Source: the human T2T-CHM13v2.0 reference genome, Homo sapiens. Taken from it: a stretch of 64,000 bases of DNA. Location of the stretch: the NCBI RefSeq assembly GCF_009914755.1, contig NC_060932.1. The stretch is one strand, 5' to 3'. Shown piece by piece: positions 1-15,179 of this stretch. The position numbers and the translations under genes were made by a program. The notes under the pieces are model-generated. The model ran no database searches. It saw only the letters and a list, made by a program, of their open reading frames with translations, and was not told the DNA's origin. Position 1 is the first letter of the stretch. Each line of letters starts with the position of its first letter.

Positions 1-6
1 GCCTCA

Positions 7-374
<368 letters not shown>

Positions 375-861
375 TTCTTTAAATGCCCCCATGTGTTACC
401 CATGTTAGATTGTGTTTCTAGGACTCTTTGTCTACACACTTTATTTCAGGTAATTTACGGACCAACAAAATTTATTGTTTTGTTACAAGTCAATGGGAAA
501 TTCCTTTGCATTCTAACCAAATGTTTAAAAGATAAAGTCAGCAATGCCTATGTTTCTTCCATCACATTACATAACTCTAAACATAGCAGATGTTGGGAGA
601 AACTTGCTGGGTGCCTACTGGATTCGACTGACAGATACCTCGTGATTTAAGTTCACTTTCCTCTGCCCCCTTACCTCAACCACCATTTCACAAACAGATG
701 CCACCACTTACTAAGGAGTCAAGAGGGAGGCTGCTCTCACCATCCCAAGAAAAATGAACAATAAATATGTGTATTTGAGATTCTGAATTCTTCCTTAAGC
801 TGCTGCACAGAAAACACTCCTTACTGGTGAGGTTTCATTCAAGCTGATGTATTCCAGTCTC

Positions 862-901
862 CTTTCATTTAGTGCCTAAGACTTTCATTTAGTGTCCAAG
901 A
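862..901. repeat. 2 x 20-bp tandem duplication
   Basis: ctttcatttagtgcctaaga followed by ctttcatttagtgtccaaga. Confidence 0.8.
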
Positions 902-2429
902 CTGAATGAGACTGCCCTGTTGGGCAGGAGAAGTGGAAGAACAACAACAGAACAAGTAAAAACCAGCCTTCTCTTTGCACAACTCTAATTGTTCGGCCCT
1001 TTATTTTAGGATGTAAAAGTATAAATTTACTTAAACTATTTTCATGACCTTTTGCTCAAGTAGTTAACAAACGATTAAATAGTAATCTAAAAACAAATGT
1101 TTTAGTAAGAAAATAAAAAGATGCAATGAAGGACCTTGAAACAAACAATAAGGTAGCCATTCCTGTTTTTTAGAAAGGAAAAACAAAACACTTTTATTCA
1201 TACACATTCATAACTGCCTAAATGATTACTTTTTCATAAATGTAACAGTGAGAATGAGAAAACATCAAATTACTTTTCCTGAAACTTGCATAAGCAAAAG
1301 AAAAGATGTATAATGCAGTTCTACTCCTGAGCAAAATGTCCCTCATTAATAGAGTAATAGATCGTATTAATTCTACTTTTATAAAGAGAAATGGACATGG
1401 ACAAATTTAGCACAAATTTTCCTAATGAATAAAAAAGGCAAATAGTAGTATACATAGTCATATTTTTCCATTTATTGCTACACATGATCTTCATTTCAAG
1501 TAATCACACCATTATAATTGTGTAAGGATTGCACAAATATCACCTTAGAATAAATGAGATGGTTTTAAACGTCAACATGGGAACAGCTTGCGCACTCCCC
1601 TTCTTGGTTGTAAGGTCTAATACAAATTTTTGTGGCATTTTTAGATAGATCAGAAGAAAATTTAATCTGGTATTTACACTGACCTTACATTGACTCTCTA
1701 CATAGTCTGCATTCACGGGGTGGAAAGATGAATTTGTGATGTAAAAGTCCCTGCCTGCTCCTCCTGCCTTGGTCCAAGAGAGAAAAGATGTACCCAACAC
1801 TCTCATCCTTGGTTCTTGGATCCCACTGAATGGAACTGGCTCAAAGAAATCCTTCCGATTTAGCTTAAAATATAAATTATTTGAAAAGGACTGATGCTAT
1901 TGAACCGCTTCAGTTTCCCTAACGTTATATGAGAACCCAAAGACAACAATTGTTCAGCAGGGACCACAGATTGATTTATGTGCAAGATTTATTTTCCTGC
2001 TTTGACTTGAAGAGGACTTCCAAGCAGGCTGCAAGCCAGAGAACAACCAGGTGCGAGAGAAGCTCACATTCTTTTACTTGACAGACTACTTCATCAGTAA
2101 ACATAGGAAACAATTATTCCTACCAAATCTCCTTGAATCTGAATAAGCTGCTTCATGGATCAAAATGTCCCTTTCCTCTGTCTCTCTGAATCCCAGACTT
2201 TTAACCTTTGAATTTGCTTTGTGAGCTTTGAATCTGTGGTTTCCACCTAAGTTGGTGATTAAAACAAAAGAATACCAACATTCCCCTCATGATAAACTAA
2301 AAATCATTATTAAGAAAGAAAAAATTAAAGGATTATTCAAAACGACTTGCAAATGTATTTGCCATTAGCAGTTCTATTATTTTTCATAACTGCCTTAAGT
2401 ATGGATTTGTAGAGTTTTTGCTGTAACGA

Positions 2430-2560
2430 GGGAGTGTAATACAGTGGAAAGAAAATACTTTGAAATCTAACATTTTCTGGGTTCTGTTGTTTAGTAGCTA
2501 CCAATAGCTATATAGTCTTGAACAAGGTGCTTAATCTTTCCAATCCTTATCTAAATCACC
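2430..2560 (+). mobile_element. MIR fragment
   Basis: Diverged MIR core-like sequence (agtcttgaacaaggtgcttaatctttc). Confidence 0.5.
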
Positions 2561-3586
2561 TGAAAGCATATAGCAACACATTGCTTCTCATTAGACGACA
2601 AAGGTATATTGGCTTCAGACACTCAAGCTGGTGTTGATTTTTATATACTCACGCATGGTCCTTTGGTTTTATTATGACAAATGTGTGCCACTGGAATCAA
2701 GTCTATTCAGCAGAGATTTTCTCTCTTTTTTTTTTAGAAGAGTACACAGAAACTTAGAAGGCTGGTGATGGGATTGACAAAGGACAATTTATTTATCATC
2801 AGACTTTACAGATTCACTGCTGTCTTGGTGTCTTCACACGTGGGTTTCACTGCTGCTTTGGAGAAAATATGGTGCCAAGGTCCTGGGAAGAGGCTTTCAG
2901 TCGGACTTCCCTGCTTTCAATTCTAGTTATGCCCTTGCCATTTATTTAATCTCTGTCACTTTCAAATTATTTTTGTGCTTAAATGATGCTTTTCTCTCTG
3001 TAGCATTGTGAGAGATAAAAGCGCATTTACATGGACACCGTGGGGTTTAAAACTGATGATGTATATGCAGTGTTTGTTTCTGTCACACTTCTCCTTTTCC
3101 TTTCCAGTTTTCTGATGGCCAGGAGAAAGCTGTATCTGTGATGAAAGTCACTGCATTGAAAAATCTCCCTTCTGGCTACAACTGGCACATTTCAGCATGT
3201 TCTGGGCCATGCCCTCAGCAGATATTCTGAGACCTCCCAACTGAGCGGCTTTGTGTAAACCTGCCCTGCTCACTGATCATTAGAACACCTAATAAAATCC
3301 AGAAGGCTGGAGGAATTAGCCAGTCATAGCATTTCTTGGTCTAAGAATTTTGGGGGAAACTACAGCAATTATCTCAAAAACCCCCAGAGATCTAAACACT
3401 GTTCCTAAAATATGGTAACTCACAATTTATTATATCTAGAATATCTTTGTAGTAATTTCGCTTTCAGAAAGGGCACTCACATTAGAAGGCAGCTAGAATT
3501 AGATGCCAAAGACAAAATAACAAAACAGGATTTTACGAAGGTAGAATTTTCTCACATGTCCTCACCCCTAACCCAGGAGGAAGAAG

Positions 3587-3698
3587 CGCCTTTACCCTGC
3601 GTATTCCACGTATCAACAGGGCCCTGCTCAGTGTGTGCTACTCGTACCACGCACTGGTTTTGTTTGCGTGCCTGCTACTTGCAAGCTGCTTGACGTCA
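3587..3698. promoter_or_regulatory. Candidate enhancer: CpG-retaining motif cluster (CRE, XRE, HRE)
   Basis: TGACGTCA 3691-3698, TTGCGTG 3664-3670, CACGC 3648-3652, CACGTA 3607-3612; 7 CpG in about 110 bp of apparently unique DNA. Confidence 0.3.
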
Positions 3699-3751
3699 CT
3701 GCCATATTCACTTCTGTATTCCCACAGCCTAGCATATAAACAGTTTTTACA

Positions 3752-3904
3752 GACCAGGTATGGTGGCTCACATCTGTCCTTCCAACACCTTGGGAGACTG
3801 AGGAAGGAGTATCACTTGAGGCCAGGAGTTCAAAACCAGCCCTGGCAATCTAACGAGACTCCATCTCTACAAAAAAAAAAAAAAAAAATTTTTTTAAAAA
3901 AATA
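3752..3904 (+). mobile_element. FLAM_C / free left Alu monomer
   Basis: Left monomer only, then poly-A; TSD agtttttaca at 3742-3751 and 3905-3914; appears to split an L2-like tail. Confidence 0.88.
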
Positions 3905-4956
3905 AGTTTTTACAACAAAATGAATGGATGGATAACCATAAAGGCTGCAAATTTGAAAGGCATTATTTAGGCCATTCTTGCTACCATTTAGGACATTGAT
4001 ACCAGTGTATTAAAAGTCAAGAAGACAGAAAGTATACTGTTTCAAATAGTACTTCTCAGGACAACAAAGTTTTCTCTTTCAGACTCTTTCAGAAACTAAA
4101 ATTATATGACATGGGTATTTCTGGGTTTCACTTCATTTCTCCCTGGGTGGTCTTATTAACTGAAGAGTGATCAGGAATCAGTTTTGCTTTCTCTGTCATT
4201 GGCCCTTATCTGCTGTCTCCTGTGTTCCTCTCCCTGCTCACATCCAACATGAAGACTTGCCCGTAACTGACATCCTTGTCAAGACTCTTTGTCAATCATT
4301 TTACTCCTTTCTGTGGGTAAAACTCAGACCTCTTTGCAAGAATAGATTTTTGTCCCCAAGGGTTCTTTTGTGTAAGAACTCAGGGTTGTTAGTTACTGGC
4401 AAAGTGAACATATCTCACAAAACAAGTGTTTTTATTTTTTATTTTTTTGCTTGTTTGAGACAAACAGCCTAAAGTGAGATTTAATAAAGAATATTTTCTT
4501 TGTTAGTTTAGTTTGGACCCAGTTCTTAAGAAAACAAACAAACAAAAACAAAAAACAACTATCCTGCATCTCCCCTGCCCTCGTGCCTCCCCTTCCATTA
4601 TCACATAGCAAAGTATTTGATTTTCATCCTGTTTCATCAAAACCCTTGCACTTGATCACACGAGGTATTCATAGGAGTCAACTCCTGGCTTAATTATTTT
4701 GATTCACCGTGTTAGAAAGGGAAGTTAGAGTAGGCGTAGGGGCTGAGCACATTAGAAGGTATAGAAGCGGAGCATATTTCAAGAATCCCCCCTCCCACAA
4801 TAATGATAGGCTTTTTCAAGCAGTGGGATTTGAGCCTTTTACAAATTAACATTGTCCATTTATTTAACAACTATCATAGTAAATCCAAATAATATGCCTA
4901 AAATGTGCTGCTTTGACTTTTGTTAATCATGGAAAATTGTTCTCTTATTAAATTAG

Positions 4957-5379
<423 letters not shown>

Positions 5380-5509
5380 TACTCTCACTCATTACTTTTA
5401 TAAGGGCACAGATGACACCCTACTTCAAGAGCTGTTTGATTTTTATGAAAATGATTAATTCATATTTAATCAAGTTAGTATATTAGTATTTTAAAACTAT
5501 GAAATTGTC

Positions 5510-5610
5510 TACTGTCAGATTAGAGTGAACTAGCTGTTCAAACAAACAGCTCCCAAAACTTTAGTGTGTTAGGCACGAGGTTTATTTCTAGTTCACATAC
5601 AACTGAACAT
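5510..5610 (-). mobile_element. Old MLT1 (MaLR) LTR fragment
   Basis: aacaaacagctcccaaaactttagtg...ggtttatttc resembles the reverse-complemented MLT1K/L 3' end. Confidence 0.35.
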
Positions 5611-6033
5611 AAGCAAGCAAAATCCAAAAGGGAAAAAATGTAAAGATCTTTTAGGCTACAATATATTTGACCAGGAAAGAAAGCTTGTCTTCTATTCAAC
5701 ATTTGGTTAATAGTTATTTACATAGTTTTTTTTTTTTGCTATAGTAGAACAAATAATCAGGCTCAACCTGAATAATAAAAACTTACTAATGTCTTACAAA
5801 TACTAGATCAAGATGAAAATTATACCTATCCTTACATATTATTCCACCTTCTACTTTATTATCAGAAGAGAATTAATTGGTAGCTAGTGTTCTCCTCTTA
5901 CAGACAAATATAGCATCTATTTTTCATGCTTCTTTCTTGAGGACATAACTTAAAATTTGAAACTGAACATTTGGTCTGTGCAAACTTTATTTGTAGAAAT
6001 ATTTCCATGGTCAAAATGAAATTTTCAACTTTA

Positions 6034-6294
6034 AGAAGCTGAGGCAGGAAGATCACTTAAGCCCAGGAGTTTGAGACCAGCCTGGGCAACATAGTGAGAC
6101 CCTATGTCTACAAAAAAACGTAAAAAACAGTTTGGGGTGGTGGCATGTGCCTGCATTCCCAGCTACTAAGGAGGCTGAGATGGGAGGATTGCTTGAGCCC
6201 AGGAGATCAATTCTGTAGTGAGCCATGATCACACTGCTGTACTCCAGAGAGGGTGACAGAGAAAACCTTGTCTCCAATTAAGTGAATAAATAAA
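6034..6294 (+). mobile_element. AluJ, 5'-truncated
   Basis: Begins mid left arm; J-type ggaggattgcttgagcccagg; degenerate tail. Confidence 0.9.
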
Positions 6295-6629
6295 TTTTTT
6301 GTATTTACTGTTAGAGTAGATGAAAATCTCACATTTCTATTCTCTCAAATTTAAGGATGAGAATGTGTCTTATCTGGAAGGCTATTTAGTATAGTCAATG
6401 AGTTTTTCTTGGCAATGTATCGGTTGACAATTTTTCCACTCAAATGGTAACAGTAAGGGGACGGGATGTTGGCAGAAGAAATATACTATTACAAATGTGC
6501 TCACAGAATAAAATACAGTTGTGAAAACGTGGATGGAAAAACAGTGACTGCCTATTACTGATCTTTATACTCAAAGCAGAAACCACTGTGTTGATAGAAA
6601 TTTGGAATGGGCTTCAATTTTCTATTTCA

Positions 6630-8690
6630 AAGGATCCCATGGTTGGGTTTAAGTTTACCAGGCTATTTATTTTCTGTTTGTCTCATCTGCTCCTTTTCTC
6701 ATTTATTCTTCCTTTCCTAACTTCTTGTAGATTAAACAAGTATTTTATAGTATTCTTGGATTTTTTTCTTAGCCATTCCTCTTTGTTTCTGTTTTACATT
6801 TTTGATAGTTTTAGTGCTTAAAGTATGCCTCCTCAATTTATTATAATCCACTGTAAAAACTTTACCACAGGCTGGGCGCAGTGGCTCTTGCCTATAATCC
6901 CAGCACTTTGGGAGGCTGAGGTGGGCAGATCCTTGAGGTCAGGAGTTTGAGACCAGCCTCTCCAACGTGGTGAAACCCCGTCTGTACTAAAAATACAAAA
7001 ATTAGCCAGGCATGTTGGTGGGCGCCTGTAATCTCAGCTACTCATGAGGCTGAGGCAGGAGAATCGCTTGAACCTGGGGGGCAGAGGTTGCAGTGAGCTA
7101 GATGGCGCCACTGCACTCTGGCCTGGGCGACAGAGCAAGACTCCGTCTCAAAAAACAAAACAAAACAAAAAAACACTTTACCACAGTATAATTTTATTTA
7201 CTCCTTTTTTGTTTGTCCTATTTAGTATTTAATTTCAATGTATAGTATAAACCTTGTTATTATTTTTTCCTTCAAACAGTTAATAATAGTCTTTTAAAGA
7301 AGCATACACACACACACATTTTACATTTATCAACATATTTGCGACTTCTGGTGCTCTTCATTTCTTCCTGAAGATACAGACTTCCATCATCATTTATCTT
7401 TAGCCTGAAGAGTTTTCTTTATTATTATGCGAGAAATTCTTCTGTCACAAATTCTGTCAGCTTTTGTTTTATTTCAGAAGTTTTTGTTTAGTTTCAAATA
7501 ATAATTTTGCTGGACATAGAAATCTAAGTTAATAGTTTTTTTAGCACATTAAAAATGGTGCCTTATTGTGTTTTTTGGTTTCTATTTTTTTTATGAGAAT
7601 TAAGAAGTCAGCTTTTATTTTTAATATTTTCACTTGAATTTAGCAATGTGACTTTATTCTCTGGCTGCTTTTAACATTTTCTCTTAACTTTTAAAATTTT
7701 TTGTTTCAACAGGTTGACTCTGATATACCTAGATATGATTTTCGTTGTATTTGTCCTGCATCAAGTTCACTGGACTTTTGGAATCTGTAGATTGATGCCA
7801 GTATTAACTTTGTAAAAAAACAAACAACAACAACAAAAAAAACTCAATCATTGCCTTTTGTCTATTCCTTTTGTTCCATTCTTTATCTCTTCTCCTAGGA
7901 TTCCCATGTTAATCTACATATATTATCCCACGGGTCTCTGATGCTCTGTTCTATTCATTATTTTTTCTCTCTTGTTTAGATAGTTTCAATTCCCTGATCC
8001 TTTCTTTTACTATGTTTAATCTCCTCCTACAGAAGGCTGATTAACTTTATTTAATTTCAATAAACTTTATATTTCAAAAATTGAAATTTTCAGTTCTATT
8101 ATCATTTAGTTCTTTATAAATGTCCTTTTTCCTGAACAATTCCACAACTACTGATCATTTTATGTATCTTTTCTTCTAAACTTATTAATGTATTTTGATA
8201 GTGTTTTTAAAGCCCTAGTTTGGGACTTTGGGATGTAAGCACCACTATATCCCCCTCTGCCTCTTAGCTCCCTCCCTAGTCAGTCATGGTTTATTTAACA
8301 AAATATGCTCTGTGGGAGATCTGGAAAGTTGGGATGATGAATTTTGCATTTGGGGATATTTCAGATTTTAATTCCTCCTGATAAACCACATGTTCATTAA
8401 AAATACAATTGTGTTATCTTTGTGCTAACAAAGCCTTCCTGCCTTTGACAAGATTGCTTTTCTGCCTTCCCATAAACAAACGAGGCTGTGGCCCCCACAA
8501 ATGTGAGCAACTGCTTGTTCTCTTATTTAACAAGGCCTCATTCCTCTCTGAAATTTAGTTCATTTTGAACTTCTTTTCATCTACAGCTTTTAGATAGCTT
8601 TAGCGGAAAACAACACGATTTAGTTTACCCAGTGTTTTCTTGTTACGTAAAGAACAACCATGTTTCATTGCTTTCTACATTCTTACCGGA
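6630..8690 (-). mobile_element. Ancient L1M (L1ME/MD type) 5' region/ORF1 fragment, split by an Alu
   Basis: T-rich antisense L1 motifs (ttttgctggacatagaaatctaag, ctctggctgcttttaacattttctct); distal boundary uncertain. Confidence 0.65.
6870..7173 (+). mobile_element. AluS (Sx/Sz)
   Basis: Full dimer with (CAAAA)n tail; TSD actttaccaca at 6859-6869 and 7175-7185. Confidence 0.95.
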
Positions 8691-10059
8691 AATGGAACAC
8701 AGTCATTAAGGTTTTCAAGACATTAAATCTCTTTGAACTTACTCTAAATTGTTTTCAAGATAAGCCTGTTAAAGGTCTATTTTACAACCCTGCCTGAGAA
8801 TTTTCAAAAATATCAGGAATAGCAAATATTCTTTCTTAAGATTGAGTCTGTACTTTTTCAGAAAGTTGGAAGCAGGTAGAGCCCTTCTGAATTTTTCAGA
8901 GATGAAGGGGCCTATATGTGGGCATGAGGCCTGTCCTTAAATCATGTAAAACCCTCCAAATTTTCACATTATCTCAAGAGATTGACAGACTTCAGGCAGT
9001 TTAATACACAGCCAAGAAAAACATTTTGTGTTCCTTTTCAAGACCCACGTAGGCAAAACTATTTCCATTGCATACTTAAGTTGGCTAAAACATTGGGAAG
9101 ATAAAAGATTTTTTGGCAGTGAGTAACTATGGGATATTGTAGAATTGTTTCCTTCAGAACTCTTTCAAATTGATAGTGGGATGGTTTGATTTTTGAAAGA
9201 TTAATATTGCCATTCTTCAGGTAATAAAATCTCAATTATTACTGCTTAGCTTCTCAGCAACCAGTTTCTATTTTTTTCTACCTGTTTCATTTGTTTTAAT
9301 TTATTTTATCCTTTAAATATTCCATGGGGTAGGGTGGAGGTGAGGAAAGGTAGGGAATCTATTTAAAACAATGTTTTATTTTTAGTGTGCTAATATAAAT
9401 ATTTCCCAAGATTAGACTATGTGAATGATTTTTGAAGACTTGATAAGTAAATTAAAATACAAATGAGTAGATACATTTTTCAGAGCCTCAAATGTAAGTA
9501 AATTTTTAAAAATGTAAGATACATTTTTAAAAGCCTCAAAAGTCAAACGTTATAAAAGTTCTTGTGGATAACATTATATTTGTTTTTTATTACTTAGTAG
9601 AAGAAATTAAATTGATTATAGCAGACAGAAGAAACTCATCACAAATACACCAGAAATGTATATGTGTGTTATCAAATTAACCAGTCCACAGACTACAAAA
9701 TAATAAAGCAGCTGGAAGTAGATTAAGGAAAAAAGAACATCACCTAGAAATTACAGACTCCGAGAAAAATTCTTCAATGACATCTCTTCTGGATATAGTA
9801 AATGAATGACCTTTCATTGCCTTTCATTGGTGGGAGCTGTGTGTTTGCATTTGTATGTAGGAGAGGTGAATCACGATAAATGAGTTTGGAATCACATGTG
9901 TGAAAAGAAAAGCCTATCTGTTTTGAACATCTAAGAAGTAAACCATACAAGATAATATTTAGGATTGCCCATTCAGCTCACAATTCTCTGAAAATTATAT
10001 CCCCTCCCCCCAACCTGAGGAGCAGGTACCAATAGATATGCTTGTGCTATCTAACTGAT

Positions 10060-10313
10060 AATTTCTCAGATAATACTTTTTGTGACTGAAGTAGACACAA
10101 GGTGAATTAATCAGATCCTTTCAAAAGGAAGTTTGAATGGAGACGCATAGAAATTCAGAACAATGAATCATGTTAATAGCAGAACAATAAAGTGAACCTA
10201 GGTTTCTGCCCCTGAGATTCCAGACAGTATATCGTCAATAAAATATATTTTTGTTTGTTTAAGCTAGATTGATGTGGTTTTCTGTTATACAACCAAGAGA
10301 ACCAAGCCAAAGA
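10060..10313 (+). mobile_element. Old ERVL/MaLR LTR fragment (MLT1J/K or LTR16-like)
   Basis: 3' LTR motif aataaaa...tttaagctagattgatgtggttttctgttatacaaccaagag. Confidence 0.5.
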
Positions 10314-10344
10314 TCCCCAGCTTAAAATCAGTTTGAAATCCTCT

Positions 10345-10460
10345 TGAGTATCTCTTCCATTTTTTAGACTAGTAAACTTAGACTTGAAGAGTTTTATGCA
10401 ATTGCACAAAGTTACAAAACTATGTGAAGGGCAGATATCTGACTTGAAGCTTGTTATAAT
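10345..10460 (-). mobile_element. MIR fragment
   Basis: ccattttttagactagtaaacttagact...ttgcacaaagttaca matches the antisense MIR core. Confidence 0.55.
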
Positions 10461-11298
10461 ACCCATAATACATTTTCAAGTTAATATCTTTAGATGGTGA
10501 CAGAAAAAATAAAGCACATTTGTTTTATGATAGGGCCTAAAAGTAATTGAGGCATTAAATGATTTAATGCCACCTGGAAAAGAAATTAACAGTGGTTAGA
10601 CACTTATTATGTATTATATCCATGAAGCTCAAAGGTCCTCAAATAGATTCAAGCCAAAAAGGTCCTCTCTGGGGCACATTATAATCAAACTGTCAAAAGT
10701 CAGAGGCAAAGAATTGTAAAAGCAGCAAGAAAAAAACATCGGGTCATATATAAGGAAGCCCACATTAGACTACCAAAAGATTTCCCAGTAGGAATCTTGC
10801 AGGCCTAGAGAGAATGGGATGATATTTTCAAGGTGCTGAAAGAAAAAATATTCTAGCAAAGAATACTATGCCTAGCAAAGCTATTCTTCAGAAAGGAAGG
10901 AATGATAAAGTCCTGCTCATACAAGCGAAATCTGAGGGAATTCATCACCACTAGACTGGTCTTCCAAGAGATGTTTAAGAGGGCATTACAACTGGAAGTG
11001 AAAAGATAATCACTATCATGCTAACATATGAAAGTATAAAACTTGCTAGTAGAGAAAAATTCATAATGAAACTCAGGATGCTCCAGTACTGTAATGGTGC
11101 AACTTATATCTTTCAAATCTCTAGTATGAAAGTTAAAAGTCAAAATGTCAAAAATAACACAGCTATAATTAGATAGTTAAGGAATACATAATATACAAAG
11201 ACGTAAATTAAGGCAGAAGAATATAAATTGTGAGGCAAAGGAAGGAAAATAGTCCAGAGTACCTTTACAGGAGCACAGCTAAATTGTTATTGGCCTAA

Positions 11299-11597
<299 letters not shown>

Positions 11598-12249
11598 TAA
11601 CTGCAAGATTCTTTATGTTAGCCCCACGGTAACCACAAGAAATAAACTGCAGCAGACACACAAAAAGAAAGAGAAAGGAGTCAAAACTTAGTACCACAGA
11701 AAATCATCAAACCACAAAGGTAAACAACAAGAGAGGAAGAAAGGAACAAAGAGTCCACCAAACAGTCAGAAAATGACTAATAAAGTGGCAGGAATAATAA
11801 CCTTGAATGTAAATGTATTAAATTATCAAATTAAAAGCTACAGAATGGCTGAATGGATAGAAACAAAAACAAGACCTAACTAAATGCTATCTACAAGAGA
11901 CTCATTTCACCTATAAGAACACATATAAACTTAAAATGAAGAAATGGTAAAAGATAGTCCATGCTAATGGAAACAAAAAATGAGCAGGAGTAGCTATGCT
12001 TATATCCGCAAAAACGGATTTTAAGTCAAAAACTGTAAAAAGAGATAAAAAGGGTCATTAATTATGAAAGCATTTATTCAGCATGAGAATGCAACAATTG
12101 TAAATATATATGCACCCAACACTGAAGCACTCAAATATATAAAGCAAATAGCAGTAGATCTAAAGGGAGAGATAGAGTCCAATACAACAATACTCCTAAA
12201 TAACCAATGGGTTAATGCAGAAATTAAAAGGAAAATTTTAAAATTTCAG

Positions 12250-12812
12250 ACTTGATCCAGCAATCCCACTACTGGGTATCTACATAGAGGGAAAGAAGTT
12301 ATTATATGAAAAAGATACCTGCACATGCATGTTTGTAGCAGCACAATTTGCAACTGCAAAAATGTGGAACCAACTCAAATGCCCATCAATCAACAAGTGA
12401 ATAAAGACACTGTGGTATATCTGTATACAATAGAATACTACTCAGCCATAAAAAGGAATGAATTAATGACATTCACAGCAACCTGGATGAGATTGCAGAC
12501 TATTATTCTAAGTGAGATTAACTCAGGAATGGAAAACCAAACATCATATGTTCTCATTCATAAGTGGGAGTTAAGCTATGAGAACGCAAAGGCATAAGAA
12601 TGACACAATGGACTTAGGGAACCCAGGGGAAAGGGTGGGAAGGGGCTGAGGGATAAAAGACTGTAAATAGGTTACAGTGTAAACTGCTTGGGTGACTAGT
12701 GCACCGCAGTCTCACAAATCACCACTAGAGAACTTACTCATGTAACCAAACTCCCCCTGTTCCCCAATAACCTATGGAAATAAAAAATTTAAAATAAATA
12801 GGAATAAAAAAA
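12250..12812 (+). mobile_element. L1PB1-like 3' end nested in L1MA
   Basis: Characteristic 3' UTR (gctatgagaacgcaaaggcataagaatgacacaatggac; ctcacaaatcaccactagagaac); host L1 resumes at aaatgaaaatgg. Confidence 0.88.
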
Positions 12813-14713
12813 GAAATGAAAATGGAAGCTCAACATACTAAAACCTATGGAATATAGTAAAATAATTTCTAAGAGAGGAGTATATAGAAATAAATTACTA
12901 TATCAAAAAGGTAGAATGATCTCAAACAGCATAATGTGAGATCCAAGACTATGAAACTACTAGAAGTTAAAATAGAGGAAATGCTTCATGACACTGGACT
13001 GGGCAACATATTTTTGGACAAGACCTCAAAGGCAAAGATGACAAAAGCAAAGATTGACAAGTGGGATTACATAAAATGAAAAAGCTCCTGTACACCAAAG
13101 GAAATAATTAACAGTGAAGACACAATTTAAAGAGTGGCAAAAATATTTGCAAACTATTTAACGGATTAGGGGTTAACAGCCAGAATATTTAAGGAACTCG
13201 AACAACTCCATAAAAATATCCGATTAAAAACAGGCAAAATATCTTAATAGGTATTTCTTAAGAGAATACATAAAAATGGCCAACAGGTATATGGAAAAAT
13301 ATTCAACATCACTAATTATCAAGGAAGTGAAAATCAAAAACACAATGAGATATCATTTCACTTTAGCTAGAATGATTATTTCCAAAAGACAAAAGATAAC
13401 TAGTGTTGGTAGGAATGTAAATTAGTACAGCTATTATGGAAAATAGTATGAAAGTTCTTCAAAAAACTTAAAGTAGAACTACCATATTATCCAGCAATTC
13501 TACTACCAGCTATACATCCAAAGGAAAGGAAATCTGTATGTTGTAGACATATGTGCACTTGCATGTTTAAGGCAACAGTATTCACAATAGCCAAGCTAAA
13601 TGTCCAGCAATGAATAAAGAAAATGTGGTATATACACACAGTGGAATACTATTCAGCCATAAAAAAGAATAAAATTATATCATTTGTCCATGGATGTACC
13701 TGAAAGACATTATGTTAAGTGAAATAAGCCAGATACAGAAAAGCAAATAGTGTATGTTCTCACTCATATGTAAAATCTTAAAAAATTCATCTCATAGAAG
13801 CAGTGAATAGAAAAGTGGCTACCAAAGACTGGGGGAGATAAGGAGGAGGACGGGGATGAGGGAGGTTGGTCAATGGGTGCGAAGTCACAATTATAAAGGA
13901 AGTGTAAGTTCTGGTGTCTTATTGCATGGTAGGATGACTAAAGTAGATGATAAGGTACTATATATTTCAAAATAGCTAGAAGAGAGGATTTTGAATTTTC
14001 CCACCACAAAAAAATGACAAATGTTTTAGGTGATGGATATGCTAATTACCCAGATTTGAATATTACTCAATATATACATGTATCAAAACATGACATTATA
14101 TCATCTAAATATGTACAATTATTATGTACCAATTAAAATTAAAAAAATAAATAAAAGCAGTAAGAACAGCCACAAACATTATGAAAATCAACCTTCTTAG
14201 AACTTTGGAAATTAATGAAAACTTTGTAGCTAGTCATAGAGCATTTATACAAGAAATGAAGTTGAATTGCAGTAAGAACATAGTGTTTTAACTTGGCGTG
14301 CTCCCATTCCTCTCTTCTCAGCTCGGACGCTGGGGAAACCACCAGCCTTGAAACAATGGTAGCTGTGAAACCAGGAGCCTGCTAGCCACTGACTGGGATG
14401 GAATAGGTTTGGAGCTCCCCAAAATGCCCATGTGCAAAAATTTGTTATAATTTTCCCTGTGGCAGCTCTCTGGAGAGGCTCAAACTCTTATTTGATCAGA
14501 CTCAGAGCTCACTCTGTGTGAAAAGTTCTATCTTGAGAGCATTTGTTAGAAAAAGTAGCAATCGTTTATTTCATATTATAGCTGCGTGAGGCAGTGATAT
14601 CAATTGCAGTTAACAAGAGACTGACCAAAAAGAGAAAACTCAGGAATGATATTTTCATAGGGACTTTGAGAAGCTCTGACTTATTGTTAAGAATATGTCA
14701 ACACATACCCAAA

Positions 14714-14738
14714 ACACACACACACACACACACACACA
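14714..14738. repeat. (CA)n microsatellite
   Basis: About 12 units seen directly. Confidence 0.95.
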
Positions 14739-15179
14739 AATGCTGTGGGCCATGGCAAAGCCTGGAGGAAGGTTTACCAATTCGGAGCACTTAAGTAAAT
14801 CTCTGTCTGATCATCATTAGCTAAATCCCAAGCTAACTGACCAGAGATTTCAGTAACTGTATACAAAAAATGTAGACTTTACAGACTTATTCCAGGAAAG
14901 TCACCAAGCAAATAAACAGCAGCAATGACAACAACAAAACATGATGGGGAGAAGTAGGATTCTGATTTCTGGTTATCTTATTTTAAATGTCCAGTTCTCT
15001 ACAGAAAAATATGAGGCACACAAGGAAACAGAAAACTATGGCTCATAAATAGAAAGAAAATAGCAGTCAATATAACTTTTTTCTGAGCAACCAAAGACAT
15101 TGCATTTACTACATAACGACTTTAACAGCTATTATTCAGAGCTAAACTTAACTGTGTTAACTTCAGAGAACCAAACAAC

